DNA of 64,000 nucleotides from an uncultured Gemmatimonadales bacterium (GTDB lineage: Bacteria > Gemmatimonadota > Gemmatimonadetes > Gemmatimonadales > GWC2-71-9), in assembly GCA_963779755.1 (NCBI GenBank), contig CAVZZO010000001.1, positions 864,001 through 928,000 on the forward strand, in the 5' to 3' direction. The position numbers and the translations under genes were made by a program. Below the pieces are notes generated by a model. The model worked only from the letters and a program-made list of their open reading frames with translations. It did no database searches and was not told where the DNA came from. This document shows positions 37,348-55,126 of the stretch, piece by piece; positions within the stretch are counted from its first letter, which is position 1, and each line of letters opens with the position of its first letter.

Positions 37348-38274
37348 CTAGAAGGGGACCCGCTGCAGATCGTGCCCCACCAGCACCTTGCCGGTGTAGC
37401 CGCCTTGGCGCACCCCGGCTACCAGCTCGCTGTCGGATGCACCCATACGGATCAGATGGGTAAGCACCAGCATCCGGGGGTCCGCACTTTTCGCCAGCAC
37501 GCCCAGTTCGGCGTCTGAAGTGTGGAAGGAGTGCATGTACCTGGGCCACAGGTTGCCGCCCGCCCGTTCCTCGGGAGCGAGCCGGGCTGCGCTGTAGACC
37601 TCATGAACCAGGATGTCGGCGTGGCGGGCCGCCCGCACCACCGCCTCGCTGGGCCGGGTATCGCCCGAAATGACCACCCGGTGGCCGCCAGCCTCGAACA
37701 GATAGCCGTAGGCATGCGCCCAGCTCCCGTGCTCGACCGCGATGGCCATGACTCGAACGCCCGCGCTGTCGTAGACCACACCCGGCTTCACCTCGTGCAC
37801 CGCCACGCGGTAGCCCCCGGCCGGCTCCCGTTCCAGCCCTTCGGTCCGGATGGCGATGTCCTCCTTCCAGGCGGCGACGATATGGTCGGTCATCGCCCGC
37901 AGTCCGGGCGGCCCGTAGGCCTCCAGCGGCGTATGCCGGCCCATGACCCACGAGGTAAAGACCAGGTCGGGGTAGCCCAGGGTATGGTCGCTGTGCAGGT
38001 GCGTGATGAAAACGGCGCTGACGCCGTTGATCGGGAGGCCCGCGCCCGCCAGCTGGCGTTCCACCCCGGGGCCGGCGTCCACCAGGAATACCCGATCACC
38101 TATTACCACGGCCGTCGCCGGGCCCGAGGCCGCCGGATTGGGCCGGGGCATGCCGGTGCCCAGGAGCACCACCGTGCCCGTACTGGGCGGCGTCTCCTGC
38201 GCGCACGCCGCCACCGCCGTCAGCCCTCCCAGTCCCGCGAGCAGCGCAGCTCGCCACCTGCCGTTCAGGCTCAT
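37348..38274 (-). CDS. Exported MBL-fold metallo-hydrolase (RNase Z/AtsA-like)
   Basis: LLGTG.P, LVDAG, THLHSDH, ISGDT, LVHEV, FHT, LTHL; signal/lipoprotein peptide. Confidence 0.87.
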   Translation of the reverse strand: MSLNGRWRAALLAGLGGLTAVAACAQETPPSTGTVVLLGTGMPRPNPAASGPATAVVIGDRVFLVDAGPGVERQLAGAGLPINGVSAVFITHLHSDHTLGYPDLVFTSWVMGRHTPLEAYGPPGLRAMTDHIVAAWKEDIAIRTEGLEREPAGGYRVAVHEVKPGVVYDSAGVRVMAIAVEHGSWAHAYGYLFEAGGHRVVISGDTRPSEAVVRAARHADILVHEVYSAARLAPEERAGGNLWPRYMHSFHTSDAELGVLAKSADPRMLVLTHLIRMGASDSELVAGVRQGGYTGKVLVGHDLQRVPF

Positions 38275-38284
38275 CGGTTCAGCC

Positions 38285-40147
38285 TCACGTTTGTTCCAGG
38301 ATCACGCCGCCGGGCCGCGGGAACTGAAGCCGCACGACCCCGCCCGAGAAATCCAGTGGCGCGCTCGCCTGGTCGGGAGCATAGAGCTCGCTGTCCAGCC
38401 GCAGGTGCCAGCCCTCCACCCGCTCCGCCGGCGCCAGTTCGCTCGGCAGCTCCAGCAGTCCCGCCCCGCGGAGCCGTACCACCACCAGCAGCCCATGCCC
38501 CTCCGACTGCCGCCACAGGCACAGACCGTCGGAACCAAGCGGCCGGACCTCGAGCAGGGCGTCTTCCTGAAACCATGCCGCGGTTTCGCGGCGCAGGGAC
38601 AGCAGGTCGCGGTAGAGTCGCAGCAGCGACGCGTGCGGTTCCTCCGCGGCTTCATGCCAGTCGAGCCGGCTCCTCCGGAAGGTTTCCGGCGACTGAGGAT
38701 CGGGAATGCCCTCCCGCGCGGCGGGATCGGCAAAGGCCCGGAAGGACTGGAACTCCCGCCGTCGCCCTTCGGTCACCAACCGTCCCAGTTCGGGGTTGTG
38801 CTCGGTAAAATAGAGAAACGGACTGCCCGCTCCCCATTCCTGGCCCATGAAGAGAAGCGGGGTCTCCGGGGCCGTAAGCAGGAGCACGCTGGCGGCCCGC
38901 CAGGCCGCCAGATCAATACCATGGTGCAGCCGGTCGCCGCAGGCGCGATTCCCCACCTGGTCGTGATTCTGGAGGGCGATGACAAACCGGTACCGGGGGA
39001 TGCCGGCGGGATCGGTGCCCCGCGCCCTGCCGCTGCGCGGGCTCGGCTGCCCCCGGAATAGCCAGCCGGCCCGGAGCGCCGTGGCGATCTCGGCGGTGGT
39101 CCCCTCGAAATCGGCGAAGTACCCCTCCGTATCGCCCGCCAGCAGGCGGCGCACGATATGATGGAAATCGTCCGACCAGACACCGTCCAGTCCGTCGCCG
39201 CCGTCGCGGGTGGGTCGCACCAGCCGGTCGAGGTTGCGGTTGTCCTCGGCGATCATCACCACCTGGCGTCCGGACGCGGCCCGGCGCGCCGCCTCGGCTA
39301 TATCGGCCAGAATATGGCGTGGGCCGTCGTCCAGGATGGCGTGCGTGGCGTCCAGCCGCAGGCCGTCCATATGGTACTCCCGGATCCAGTGCTCCGCGTT
39401 CCCGGTGACGAACCCGCGGACCGGTCCGCTTCGGTCACCGTCATAGTTGACCGCGTCGCCCCAGGGGGTGCGGTGCCGGGAGGAGAAGTAATACGGGCTG
39501 AAGGCGCCCAGATAGTTGCCGTCCGGTCCCAGATGGTTGTAGACCACGTCCAGCAGCACGGCGAGCCCCAGCGCGTGGGCGGTGTCCACCAGCCGCCGCA
39601 AATCGTCCGGCGTGCCGTAGGTGCCGGAGGGTGCGTAGAGCGCCACGCCGTCGTAGCCCCAGTTCCGCCCGCCGGGAAAGTCCGCCACCGGCATCAGCTC
39701 CACCGCCGTGACGCCCAGGTCGTTGAGATAGGGCAGGCGTGCGGTGGCGGCGGCAAAGGTGCCCTCGGGCGTGAAGGTGCCGACATGCAGCTCGTAGACG
39801 ACCAGCCCCTGCTGCGGCCGTCCGGCCCAGTCGCCGTCGGTCCAGCGGAAGGCGGCCGGGTCCACCACCTCCGACGGACCGTGCACCCCTTCGGGCTGGT
39901 AGCGCGAGGCGGGGTCGGGGAAGGGACCCTCCCCATCCAGCCGGTAGCGGTAACGGTCGCCGGGGCGAACGCCGGGCACCAGCCCGCCGAAGTAGCCGTC
40001 GCCTCCCGGTTGCAGCGGGTACACCGCATCGGGGGCGCCGGGCACCGCGAGCAGCAACTCCACCTGCCGCCGCTCGGGCGCCCAGACGCGGAAGCGGGTA
40101 CCGCCGGATTCGGGCCGCGCGCCGACCCAGCCGGCGGTGCCGGTCAC
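38285..40147 (-). CDS. treZ: Malto-oligosyltrehalose trehalohydrolase
   Basis: [62 protein letters not shown] overlap. Confidence 0.94.
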   Translation of the reverse strand: MTGTAGWVGARPESGGTRFRVWAPERRQVELLLAVPGAPDAVYPLQPGGDGYFGGLVPGVRPGDRYRYRLDGEGPFPDPASRYQPEGVHGPSEVVDPAAFRWTDGDWAGRPQQGLVVYELHVGTFTPEGTFAAATARLPYLNDLGVTAVELMPVADFPGGRNWGYDGVALYAPSGTYGTPDDLRRLVDTAHALGLAVLLDVVYNHLGPDGNYLGAFSPYYFSSRHRTPWGDAVNYDGDRSGPVRGFVTGNAEHWIREYHMDGLRLDATHAILDDGPRHILADIAEAARRAASGRQVVMIAEDNRNLDRLVRPTRDGGDGLDGVWSDDFHHIVRRLLAGDTEGYFADFEGTTAEIATALRAGWLFRGQPSPRSGRARGTDPAGIPRYRFVIALQNHDQVGNRACGDRLHHGIDLAAWRAASVLLLTAPETPLLFMGQEWGAGSPFLYFTEHNPELGRLVTEGRRREFQSFRAFADPAAREGIPDPQSPETFRRSRLDWHEAAEEPHASLLRLYRDLLSLRRETAAWFQEDALLEVRPLGSDGLCLWRQSEGHGLLVVVRLRGAGLLELPSELAPAERVEGWHLRLDSELYAPDQASAPLDFSGGVVRLQFPRPGGVILEQT

Positions 40148-42108
40148 CGCGGCGGCGCGCGGAACACCACCATGCCGAGCGGCGGCAGCGTCACTACGAT
40201 GGAATGTTCCTGTCCCTGCCACGCGACCGGCACCGCATCCGCGCCGCCCAGATTGCCCTGGCCGCTGCCGCCGTAGAGTGGGGCATCGCTGTTCAGGATC
40301 TCCTCCCAGGCGCCGCCGTAGGGGACGCCGATACGGTAATTATGCCGGGGGATGGGGGTGAAGTTGAGCGCCACCACCACGCGCTCCGGCCCGGTGTTGG
40401 AGCGCCGCAGGTAGAGCAGGACGCTCTGGTCGGCATCGGAGGCGTCGATCCACACAAAGCCCTCCGGGTCGCAGTCCAGTTCGTGCAGCGCCGGCAGCTC
40501 GCGGTAGCGGGTGTTCAGGTCGCGCACCCAGCGCTGGATCCCCTGGTGCCGGGGGTCCTCCAGCAGGTGCCAGTCGAGGCTGCGGTCGTGATTCCACTCC
40601 CGGCCCTGGCCGAATTCCCCGCCCATGAAGAGCAGCTTCTTGCCCGGCTGGGTATACATGTAGCCCAGCAGGAGGCGCAGATTGGCGAACTTCTGCCAGT
40701 CGTCGCCCGGCATCTTCGCCAGCAGCGAGCCCTTGCCGTGCACAACCTCATCGTGGGAGAGCGGCAGCACGAAGTTCTCGGTGAACGCGTAGATGCCGCG
40801 GAAGGTGAGCTCCCCGTGGTGGAAGCGGCGGTGGATGGGCTCGCGCGACATGTACTGCAGGGTGTCGTGCATCCAGCCCATGTCCCACTTGAAGCCGAAG
40901 CCCAGGCCGCCCAGATAGGTGGGCCGGGATACCATGGGCCAGGCGGTGGATTCCTCGGCCACGGTCAGGACCCCCTGCTCCGCCGTGTAGACCGCCTCGT
41001 TGAACTGGCGCAGAAAGCTCACTGCCTCGAGATTCTCCCGCCCGCCGTGGACATTGGGAATCCATTCCCCCGCCTTGCGGCTGTAATCCAGGTACAGCAT
41101 GCTCGCCACCGCGTCCACCCGCAGGCCGTCGGCATGGAACATCCGCAGCCAGTAGAGGGCGCTGCTCAGCAGGAAGCTGCGCACCTCATGCCGGCCGTAG
41201 TTGAAGATGAAGCTGTTCCAGTCGGGGTGGAAACCCTGCCGCGGGTCGCCGTGCTCGAACAGATGGGTGCCGTCGAAAAAGCCCAGGCCGAACTCGTCGG
41301 TGGGGAAGTGGGAGGGAACCCAGTCGAGCAGTACGCCGACCCCGGCCTGGTGGAGGCGGTCGATCAGGTACATGAAATCCTGCGGGGTGCCGAAGCGGCT
41401 GGTGGGCGCGAAGTATCCGGTGGTCTGATAGCCCCAGGAGCCGTAGAACGGGTGTTCCATCACCGGGAGGAACTCCACGTGGGTAAAGCCCATTTCATTC
41501 AGGTAGTCGGGCAGGGCATGGGCCAGCTCCCGGTAGCTGAGCGGGCGATTGTCCTCCTCCGGTATCCGCCGCCAGCTGCCGAGGTGCATCTCGTAGATGG
41601 CGCCGGGCTCGCGCAGCGGCTGCTCCATCCGGCGGCGCTCCATCCACTGCTGGTCGCCCCACTCATAATCCAGGGACCATACCCGGGAGCCGGTAAGCGG
41701 GGGTGTCTCGGTGTGCACGGCGAACGGGTCGGCCTTGTCCACTTCGTAGCCGCCGTGATGGGAGACGATGTGGTACTTGTACGTGGTGCCGGGCCCGACA
41801 TCGGGAATGAACCCCTCCCAGATGCCGGACGAGCCCCGGGCGCGCAGCTCGTGGCTGCTCTTGTTCCAGCCGTTGAACTCGCCCATCACGCTCACCCGGG
41901 CGGCCGCCGGCGCCCACACGGCGAACCAGGTGCCCCGGTGCCCTTCGACCTCGCCCGGGTGGGCGCCCAGCTTCTCCCACAGCCGGGCATGGGTGCCTTC
42001 GTTGAAGAGGTGCAGGTCCTGGTCGCCCAGGGGGGACGGCTCGTACCAGACCGGTGAGACCGTCTCGGGAGTGACGGACCGCCCGGCGGCGCGGGTGCGC
42101 TCAGCCAT
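40144..42108 (-). CDS. glgB: 1,4-alpha-glucan branching enzyme
   Basis: [52 protein letters not shown]. Confidence 0.96.
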   Translation of the reverse strand: MAERTRAAGRSVTPETVSPVWYEPSPLGDQDLHLFNEGTHARLWEKLGAHPGEVEGHRGTWFAVWAPAAARVSVMGEFNGWNKSSHELRARGSSGIWEGFIPDVGPGTTYKYHIVSHHGGYEVDKADPFAVHTETPPLTGSRVWSLDYEWGDQQWMERRRMEQPLREPGAIYEMHLGSWRRIPEEDNRPLSYRELAHALPDYLNEMGFTHVEFLPVMEHPFYGSWGYQTTGYFAPTSRFGTPQDFMYLIDRLHQAGVGVLLDWVPSHFPTDEFGLGFFDGTHLFEHGDPRQGFHPDWNSFIFNYGRHEVRSFLLSSALYWLRMFHADGLRVDAVASMLYLDYSRKAGEWIPNVHGGRENLEAVSFLRQFNEAVYTAEQGVLTVAEESTAWPMVSRPTYLGGLGFGFKWDMGWMHDTLQYMSREPIHRRFHHGELTFRGIYAFTENFVLPLSHDEVVHGKGSLLAKMPGDDWQKFANLRLLLGYMYTQPGKKLLFMGGEFGQGREWNHDRSLDWHLLEDPRHQGIQRWVRDLNTRYRELPALHELDCDPEGFVWIDASDADQSVLLYLRRSNTGPERVVVALNFTPIPRHNYRIGVPYGGAWEEILNSDAPLYGGSGQGNLGGADAVPVAWQGQEHSIVVTLPPLGMVVFRAPPR

Positions 42109-42135
42109 GTCAAAGTCTCCTCTCTGCCGTACGGG

Positions 42136-45534
<3,399 letters not shown>

Positions 45535-45554
45535 GAGCTCGTTCGCCTCTCGGG

Positions 45555-47614
45555 TTACATGTAATAGTCGAAGTCGCGCTCGGTGCGCAGCCGCCGGCGA
45601 ATGCGGAAGACGTGGGCCGGCAGGGCCTGGGGGTCGAGCGACACGTAGTTGTGCCGGCCGTGCCAGAGATAGCGGGCCCCGCCCAGCAGGTCGTGCATCT
45701 GGTACTGGCCGTCCGCCTCGAGCCCCAGTTCCTCCAGCGGCAGCTCGATCCAGCCGGCCTGGGTGTGGTGCGGATCGAGGTTCACCACCGTCAGGATCGC
45801 GTTCCCGCCGTCCGGGGCGGTCTTGCTGTAAGCGATGATCGCGTCGTTGTCCACCGGATGGAACCGGAGCGAGTCGTTCCGGTGCAGCGCCGGGTTGTCG
45901 CGCCGGATGGCGTTCATCCGCGCGATCAGCTCCCGGATGTTCCCCGGCTGCTCCAGGTTCCAGTGCCGCAGCTGATACTTCTCCGAATCCAGGTATTCCT
46001 CCGTTCCCGCCACCGCGCGGTGTTCCAGCAGCTCGTAGGCGGGGCCGTAGATGCCGTAACTCGCCCCCAGCGTCGCCGCCAGAATCAGCCGGATCTGGAA
46101 GGCCGGGCGGCCCCCGGTCTGGAGATATTCGTGCAGGATGTCGGGCGTGTTGGTAAACAGGTTGGGCCGCATGTACTCGCGCACCGGCGTCTGCGTCAGC
46201 TCGGTGAGATATTCCTCCAGCTCACCCCGGGTGTTGCGCCAGGTGAAGTAGGTGTAAGACTGGGAGAATCCGGCCTTGGCCAGGTAGCGCATCACCTTGG
46301 GGCGGGTGAACGCCTCGGAGAGAAAGACCGTCTCCGGGTGCCGGGCGCGGACCTCGCCGATGGTCCATTCCCAGAAGGCGAAGGGCTTGGTGTGCGGGTT
46401 ATCCACCCGGAAGATGGTAACCCCATGCTCCACCCAGAACAGCACCACGTCCCGCAGCGCCTCCCAGAGCCCCTTCCAGTCGGGGTTCTCGAAGTTCAGG
46501 GGATAGATATCCTGGTACCTCTTGGGCGGGTTCTCCGCGTACTGAATGGTGCCGTCGGGCCGCCACTTGAACCACTGGGGGTGCTCCTGCACCCAGGGAT
46601 GATCCGGCGTCGCCTGAAAGGCGATGTCCAGCGCGACCTCCAGTCCCAGCCGCCCCGCTTCCTCCACCAGCCGGTCGAAGTCCTCCAGCGTACCCAGCCC
46701 CGGATGGACGGCCGTATGGCCCCCTTCGGCCGCGCCGATACCCCAGGGGCTCCCCACGTCGCCCGGCTCGGTAGTGGGGGTGTTGTTCTTCCCCTTGCGG
46801 AAGGTCGTGCCGATGGGATGGACCGGCGGGAGGTAGAGCACGTCGAACCCCATGGCGGCGACGTAGGGCAGCCGCTTGCGGCAGTCGGCGAGAGTCCCGT
46901 GGCTCCCCGGCTCGTCGGCGCAGGAGCGGGGGAACAACTCGTACCACGCGCCGTAGCGGGCCCGCTCCCGCTCCACCACCAGCGACAGGATGCGGCCATA
47001 GACGGTCGAGCGGCTCCGGTCGGGGTGCCGCGCCATCAGCAGGCCCAGATCGTCCGAGAGGGCGAGCGGGACCCGGTCGGCCTCGGGACGATCGGCGGCG
47101 AGCGCCTCGGCGCGCGCCTCCAGCCACTGGCGATCGGCTGCCTCAGCGCGCCGAGCGGCCTCCCGCACCAGTGCGGCGCCCTCCAGCAGCTCACTCCCGA
47201 CGGCCTGGCCCGCCCCGGCCTTGCGTTCCAGCCCGTGGCGCCAGCCGGCGAAGTGATCCACCCAGGCTTCGAGGGTGAACTCCCAAGGGCCCAGGGTATC
47301 GACCGTAAACCAGCCCTGCCAGCGGTCGTTTACCTGCGGGGCCAGTGGCGCCTCCTGCCAGGCGTCCTCGCCCGGGCCGCGGAAGCGGAGTACCCCGCCG
47401 ATACGGTCGTGACCTTCGGTGAAGATGTCGGCTTCTACCCGGACCAGATCTCCCTCGACCCGTTTGGCCGGGAAGCGGCCGGCGTCCACCTCCGGCGTCA
47501 CGCCTTCGATCACCACGCGGGCGGGAGCTGGGGGAGCGGCACGGGGGGCCGCGCCGCCCTCCGGGGCGGGAGCGGTGGTCGGGCCGGCCGGGCGTCCGGT
47601 TGTTGCGCTTCGGG

Positions 47615-47618
<4 letters not shown>
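45555..47618 (-). CDS. glgE: Alpha-1,4-glucan:maltose-1-phosphate maltosyltransferase
   Basis: [56 protein letters not shown]. Confidence 0.95.
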
Positions 47619-49774
<2,156 letters not shown>

Positions 49775-49848
49775 GCGTCGTGCAATCTCCCTTGCTTGAC
49801 GTCTCGGCTTTCTCGACTCTGGTGACCTTCGCGATTCTTTCGGCCGCC

Positions 49849-52740
49849 CTACACCGGCCGCAACAGCGCGAACGGCAGCTCGGCGAATGCCGCATCCAGT
49901 GCCAGTACGCCGCCCTCGCCGGCGGAGAGCGTCCGACCGCTGAAGGCATCCTCCCAGGGCCCGGTGCCGAGGCGGCCCGGCAGGGCGACGCGGTTGCCGC
50001 TCCAGGCGGCTCCCGCGGGGACGGCCCGATCGGCGCCCAGCGTGAGGTGGAAACGGGTGCCCAACGCCAGGCAGCTGTCCCCGCCCAGGGAGCGGGCGAA
50101 CGCCAGCACGTGGCGCGCCCGGGGGCCCTCCGCCCCCAGCGCCAGATACTCGCCGTCCTGGAACAGGGCGGGGAACCGCCGGCGTGCGTCCAGCGCCCGG
50201 GCGGTCACGTAGAGTTTGAGCCGGTCGTCTTCGGGATTCCCGGCCAGCCGGCGCACCAGTTCAAGTCGTCCCGACGCTTCCTCCCTCGCCAGGCTGTCGA
50301 GCAGGGCGCGGCGGCGATCGTAGTCCACCGGCTGCCGATTGTCGGGATCGACCAGCGTGAAGGTCCACAGCTCGGTGCCCTGATAGAAGTCCGGTAACCC
50401 GGGCGCGGCGGCCTTCAACACGACCTGGCAGAGCGAAGTCCACAACCCGGGCCTGACCAGGCGCCTCTGCAGGGCCAGCAGGTCGGGCAGAAAGGTGTTG
50501 CCCGGCTCCGGGTCCAGCGCGGCGCTGATGAAGGCCGCCACGGCCTGCTCGTAGCGCTCGTTGGGATTGATCCAGCTGGTGTGGGCCTTGGCTTCCCGCA
50601 GGGCCTTCTGCATATAGGCCTGGATGCGCCGCGAAAAGGCGGGGAGGTCCAGTTCCGCCAGGGGCCAGGCGCCGGCCAGCGTCTGGTACAGCAGGTATTC
50701 CTCGTTGGCGTCGGGCGCCTCGCCGCCGTCGGGCAGGAGCAGGCGGCGGTCCTGGTTCATCTCCCGCCAGCGCAGCACGGCCTGCTCCCATTCCTCCGGC
50801 ATCTCGGCCAGGCCGGCCAGCCGCGCGCGGACATCCTCTCCCCGCTTGGTATCGTGCGTGCTGGTGGCAAGCAGCGTATGGGGCCAGGCCTGCTGCCGCT
50901 CACGATTGGCCGCGTGGAACGCGGCCGGCGAGGCGGCCAGGGCCGCGGGCCCTCCTCCGACTTCGTTCAGCGAGGCCAGCGGGTAGTAGCGGTAGAACGC
51001 GGTGTCTTCCAGTCCCTTGGCCATGACCGGCGCGGTGAGCTGCTGGAAGCGCAGAACGAAGTCCCGCCGGGCCTCCCGCTGCGCGTCGTCCAGCCCCTCC
51101 GGGTCGCGCAGCAGGAGCACGTCGCCGATGAAGCGGAAGATCGAGGCGCTCATGGCCGGATTGCGCCGGATGGCGTCCTCGACCGCCCGCTCGATCACCT
51201 GCTGGTCGCCCGGCTGCACCTGATCGTCGCCGGGGCCTACGTAGGTGCGGTAGACCGGGAATGCGGCAATGATCTCCCGGAGCGCATGCCGCAGCGTGTT
51301 CAGGGTGAAGTCACGGGAGAAGCGGTGCTGCTCGGAAATCCGGTCCAGCCGGCGCGACAGCACCGTGAGCTCGCTCGACATCGAGACCTGCAGCACCAGC
51401 CGCCGCGCGCCGGAGAGCAGGTCGGCGAAAGACTCGGTCTGCCCCGTCAGACGGCGGTAGCCCAGGCGCACCGCCTCGAGCCCGTCCGGATCGGTGAAGA
51501 CGCCATTCAGGAGCGCCAGGAATTCATAGCCGGTGGTGCCCGCCGTGGGCCAGTCGGGGCGCAGGCGTTCGTCGCCGGTGAGAATCTTCTCCACCACCAG
51601 GTAGAACGGCCGGCCGCCCGGACCGGCCAGCTCCCGCTGCACCGCCTCCAGGTACCCCGCCGGATCCAGCAGGCCGTCGATATGATCGATCCGCAAGCCG
51701 GTGACCAGCCCTTCCCGTGCCAGCCGGAAGCTCAGCTCGTGCACCGCGGCGAAGACTTCCGGCTCTTCCACCCGGGTCGCGGCCAGCTCGTTGATGTCGA
51801 AGAACCGGCGATAGTTGATCTCATCGGTGGCCACCCGCCAGAAGGCGAGCCGGTAGGCCTGTTCCGCGAGCACCGCCTCCAGCCGGTCGAAGCTGCGCGG
51901 CTCTCCCCGGCGGCCGTTGATCCGGCGCAGCGAGGCCGCCAGCGCCCGGCCCACCTCAGGCTCGCCGGCGAGCGCCTCCAGCCGCTGTTTGATGATCTCT
52001 TTTTCGCGCTGCCGCTCCCGTACCCGGGCAGCGTTGGTCTCGGCCCGGGGCGGCAGGTTGCGGATGGCGGTAAGAATGCTCTCCAGTTCCAGTACCCGGC
52101 TGTCCGCATCGCCCAGGCGCGTCCGGAGCTCGGCTGCGACGGGCTGCAGGAGACTGGACCAGGTCTTGGGCGCCAGGGGCAGCTCCCTGTCCCAATAGCG
52201 CACTGAAAACGCGCCGTCGCGATATTCCACCTGCAGTTCGCCGCTCTCCAGAATGCGGCCGTACTGGTCGCCCAGAATGGGAAGCAGAACCTTGTCGGCC
52301 AGGTCGGGCTTGGGCGGCCGCCAGTCGATATCGAAAAACCGGGCATAGGGCGAGCTGGGGCCGTTCTCCAGCACGTCGGCCCACCACTGGTTGCCCGGAT
52401 CGGCGATGCACATGTGGTTGGGAACCACATCGAGTATCAGCCCCATTCCCCGTTCCCGGAGGGCCCGGGCCAGCTCGTGCAGCGCCTGTTCGGTGCCGAT
52501 CTCCGGGTTGATCCGGCCGTGGTCCACCACATCGTATCCATGCAGGCTGCCGGGACGGGCGGTCAGCAGCGGCGAGGCGTAGACGTCGCTGATGCCCAGC
52601 CGGTCGAGATAGGCGAGGATCTCCCCCGCCGCGGCGAGGGTGAAGTCCCGATTGAATTGCAGGCGGTAGGTGGCGCCCGGTACCCGGAGCGGCCGCCGGG
52701 CGGCGGCGTGAGGACGTTCCAGCGCGGCAGGCGCGATCAC
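49849..52740 (-). CDS. treY: Malto-oligosyltrehalose synthase
   Basis: [65 protein letters not shown]; start set at GTG 52740. Confidence 0.94.
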   Translation of the reverse strand: MIAPAALERPHAAARRPLRVPGATYRLQFNRDFTLAAAGEILAYLDRLGISDVYASPLLTARPGSLHGYDVVDHGRINPEIGTEQALHELARALRERGMGLILDVVPNHMCIADPGNQWWADVLENGPSSPYARFFDIDWRPPKPDLADKVLLPILGDQYGRILESGELQVEYRDGAFSVRYWDRELPLAPKTWSSLLQPVAAELRTRLGDADSRVLELESILTAIRNLPPRAETNAARVRERQREKEIIKQRLEALAGEPEVGRALAASLRRINGRRGEPRSFDRLEAVLAEQAYRLAFWRVATDEINYRRFFDINELAATRVEEPEVFAAVHELSFRLAREGLVTGLRIDHIDGLLDPAGYLEAVQRELAGPGGRPFYLVVEKILTGDERLRPDWPTAGTTGYEFLALLNGVFTDPDGLEAVRLGYRRLTGQTESFADLLSGARRLVLQVSMSSELTVLSRRLDRISEQHRFSRDFTLNTLRHALREIIAAFPVYRTYVGPGDDQVQPGDQQVIERAVEDAIRRNPAMSASIFRFIGDVLLLRDPEGLDDAQREARRDFVLRFQQLTAPVMAKGLEDTAFYRYYPLASLNEVGGGPAALAASPAAFHAANRERQQAWPHTLLATSTHDTKRGEDVRARLAGLAEMPEEWEQAVLRWREMNQDRRLLLPDGGEAPDANEEYLLYQTLAGAWPLAELDLPAFSRRIQAYMQKALREAKAHTSWINPNERYEQAVAAFISAALDPEPGNTFLPDLLALQRRLVRPGLWTSLCQVVLKAAAPGLPDFYQGTELWTFTLVDPDNRQPVDYDRRRALLDSLAREEASGRLELVRRLAGNPEDDRLKLYVTARALDARRRFPALFQDGEYLALGAEGPRARHVLAFARSLGGDSCLALGTRFHLTLGADRAVPAGAAWSGNRVALPGRLGTGPWEDAFSGRTLSAGEGGVLALDAAFAELPFALLRPV

Positions 52741-52986
52741 GCGTCCGCCCCGTCGGGGCAGGCGAGAGGAGGTAGCCGGAAAGCGCCGGTGTACGCCGGC
52801 GGCTGAACTGCCAGGCACATAGCGGATCGCGAACTCCGAAATGATGGGGCGGCCGAAAAACAGGTCCCTTTCAATAGTACACCCCTCGAGGGGCGGGAAT
52901 GCGTGCGGCAGCGCACATTTGATGCAAACGACTGACTGGCAATATCTTGGGATGGTCCTGCCCCGGCCCGCTCCACCGGAGATCAC

Positions 52987-54639
52987 ATGGCCCGAGCCCG
53001 CCCCGCCGCCGCCCTCATGCTGGGTGTCGCCCTCGCGCTGGCAGCCTATCTGGCGCGGCTCGATTCGCTCAATATCCCTTCGATCGGCGATGAGCCGCTC
53101 TATCTGCAGATCACCCGCGTCACCGCCAACAGCGGGTATTGGCTGCCCCTGCGCTCCGAGGCCGGCATCAACGACACCAAGCCGCCTCTCCTCTTCTGGC
53201 AGGGGATCGTGGCTACCGGCGGTGGTCGGCACTGGAACCTCTGGCGGCTCCGGCTGCCCATCGTGCTCTACTCGCTGCTCACCGCCCTGGCCGCCGGGGT
53301 CCTGGCCGCCCGCCTCTCCGGCAGGGCGAGCCGGGGAGTGCTGGCGGGCCTCATCTTCCTCGGCGCGTTTTCCACCTTTCAGCAGGGCCGGCCGGTCCTG
53401 ACCAATGCGCCCGAGACATTCTTCCTCTTCCTGCCGCTGGTGTTCCTGCTCCAGGCCGGCCGGTGGAGTTGGGGCCTCGCCCTGACGGCCGGGCTTCTGG
53501 CCGGCATCGCCGCGCTCTACAAGTCGTTCTTTCTCATTGTCCCCCTCACCCTTGCCCTGGCCCTCATCCTGTGGAGCCGGCGGGAGAGCGCCCCGGAGTT
53601 CTTCCGGCGGGAGGTGCCACGCCTTGCCGTCGCGGCGCTCCTCGGCCTGGGAATCTTCGGGCTGTGGTTCCTGCTCGATCCCCGCCCCGGCCTCATCCTG
53701 CGTTCGTTCGTCCTGGGCGAGAACGCCGGCAAATTCCGGCTGAGCGGATATCCCGCCGGTCTTTTCGGCGGCACCTATCCGCTGACCCGGATCTGGCTGG
53801 GCGATTTCCTGAACCTGGGCTTCTACGCGTTCGTGCTGGCGGGACTGGTCTGGGTGGCGCTGCGCTACTGGCGCCGGCCGCCGGAAGCGGAAGGCCTGAG
53901 CCGGGAAGAAAAGGACCTCTGGCGTTATGTGCTGGCTTTTCTGTTGGTATACAGCCTGCCGAGCCAGCGGCAGGAGAACTACATCCTGCCCACGGTGGCC
54001 GCGCTGGCCGTGCTGCTGGCGCTGCGGTGGGAGCGGATCCCCCCGATCTGGCACCGCCTGACGCTTGCGGCCGCCGGGCTGGGCCTGGTGCTGGCGTTCT
54101 GGGCCATGATCGGAATCGGGCGCACCGTGCCGGACGCGGGCTATTCGGCGGGAGACTACCTGCTGGTGGGCTCACTGCTGGCGCTGGCCGTCTTCGGGTT
54201 GACCTCGATCGAGCGGACCCGGGCGCTCACTCCCGCGGTGGTCTGCGGTATGCTGGTCACCATCGGTGTGGCCCTGACTCCCTTCGACCAACCCTTCCGT
54301 CCCGTGGCCGGCGGCCCCGGGCTGGCGCCGCTGGCGGGACGGACCGTCTTCGTCCCTTCCAACTTCGCGGCCCGGGAAGAACGCTTCCGCTTCCTGCTTC
54401 CCGGGGTGGAGATCCAGCCCTACAACAGCCGTGAGCCTGGGAGGGGAGAGGAGCTGTTCCGCCAGGGTAAGACCGTAGCCCGGATCCTGCCGCCCGGCGC
54501 CCCCCCCGATACCGGGGCGACGGCCTTCGGCGAGAAATACGAAATCCGGACCCGCCGGCCCAATGCGGAGATCCGCCGGATCATCTTCGGAGGGGAGTGG
54601 AACCTGCTGGCGGGGAAGCTGGTGATCGAACAGCGGTGA
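52987..54639 (+). CDS. ArnT/PMT-like (GT-C) membrane glycosyltransferase
   Basis: First loop [31 protein letters not shown]; more than 10 TM. Confidence 0.8.
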   Translation: MARARPAAALMLGVALALAAYLARLDSLNIPSIGDEPLYLQITRVTANSGYWLPLRSEAGINDTKPPLLFWQGIVATGGGRHWNLWRLRLPIVLYSLLTALAAGVLAARLSGRASRGVLAGLIFLGAFSTFQQGRPVLTNAPETFFLFLPLVFLLQAGRWSWGLALTAGLLAGIAALYKSFFLIVPLTLALALILWSRRESAPEFFRREVPRLAVAALLGLGIFGLWFLLDPRPGLILRSFVLGENAGKFRLSGYPAGLFGGTYPLTRIWLGDFLNLGFYAFVLAGLVWVALRYWRRPPEAEGLSREEKDLWRYVLAFLLVYSLPSQRQENYILPTVAALAVLLALRWERIPPIWHRLTLAAAGLGLVLAFWAMIGIGRTVPDAGYSAGDYLLVGSLLALAVFGLTSIERTRALTPAVVCGMLVTIGVALTPFDQPFRPVAGGPGLAPLAGRTVFVPSNFAAREERFRFLLPGVEIQPYNSREPGRGEELFRQGKTVARILPPGAPPDTGATAFGEKYEIRTRRPNAEIRRIIFGGEWNLLAGKLVIEQR

Positions 54640-54691
54640 ATAGCGGTAAGGGGTCAGGTGTGAGGCGTAAGGCGGCGTGCAGGACCACGCC

Positions 54692-54910
54692 TTACGCCTC
54701 GCTTTCCAGGACCTTCCGGGCTTCGTCGGCGTCCTCCGCCCGCACGGCGAGTTTCACTTCCTGCAGGAAATCGAGGGACGGCAGCATGCCTCCGGCGTCG
54801 TCGCGGATCAGGATGGCGTCGATACCGTTGGACTGCAGCACCGCCTGCGCCACCTGGGCCTCGTGTTCCCACCCGTAGCGGCCGACCACCACGATGCCTT
54901 CGTTGCTCAC
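54692..54910 (-). CDS. DUF2007-like small protein
   Basis: EAQVAQAVLQSNGI...DDAGG...VKLAVRAEDADEARKVL. Confidence 0.75.
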   Translation of the reverse strand: MSNEGIVVVGRYGWEHEAQVAQAVLQSNGIDAILIRDDAGGMLPSLDFLQEVKLAVRAEDADEARKVLESEA

Positions 54911-55126
54911 GCGTCCTCGCTTCCCTGTTCAGCGTCGGGGAGCCGGCCACACTGCCGGTTGGGCCTTACGGCGAATATCAGCCCGTGAAGTATATCATGG
55001 CCCGGGTGCAGGAGGATTCCCGAGAGGCCAGGTGCCGGCGGGGTGCGGCCGGAGGAATGCTTCCACCCCTTGCTGCAGCGACCTGCACGGTCGATACTCC
55101 AGCCTTTCCTCCCCGGGATTCCACCG

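Noticed and set aside
49849..54054. 1401-aa TreY with a large N-terminal fusion
   Set aside because: The first ~440 aa are the antisense of the ArnT-like gene plus intergenic DNA; TreY homology begins near 52740.
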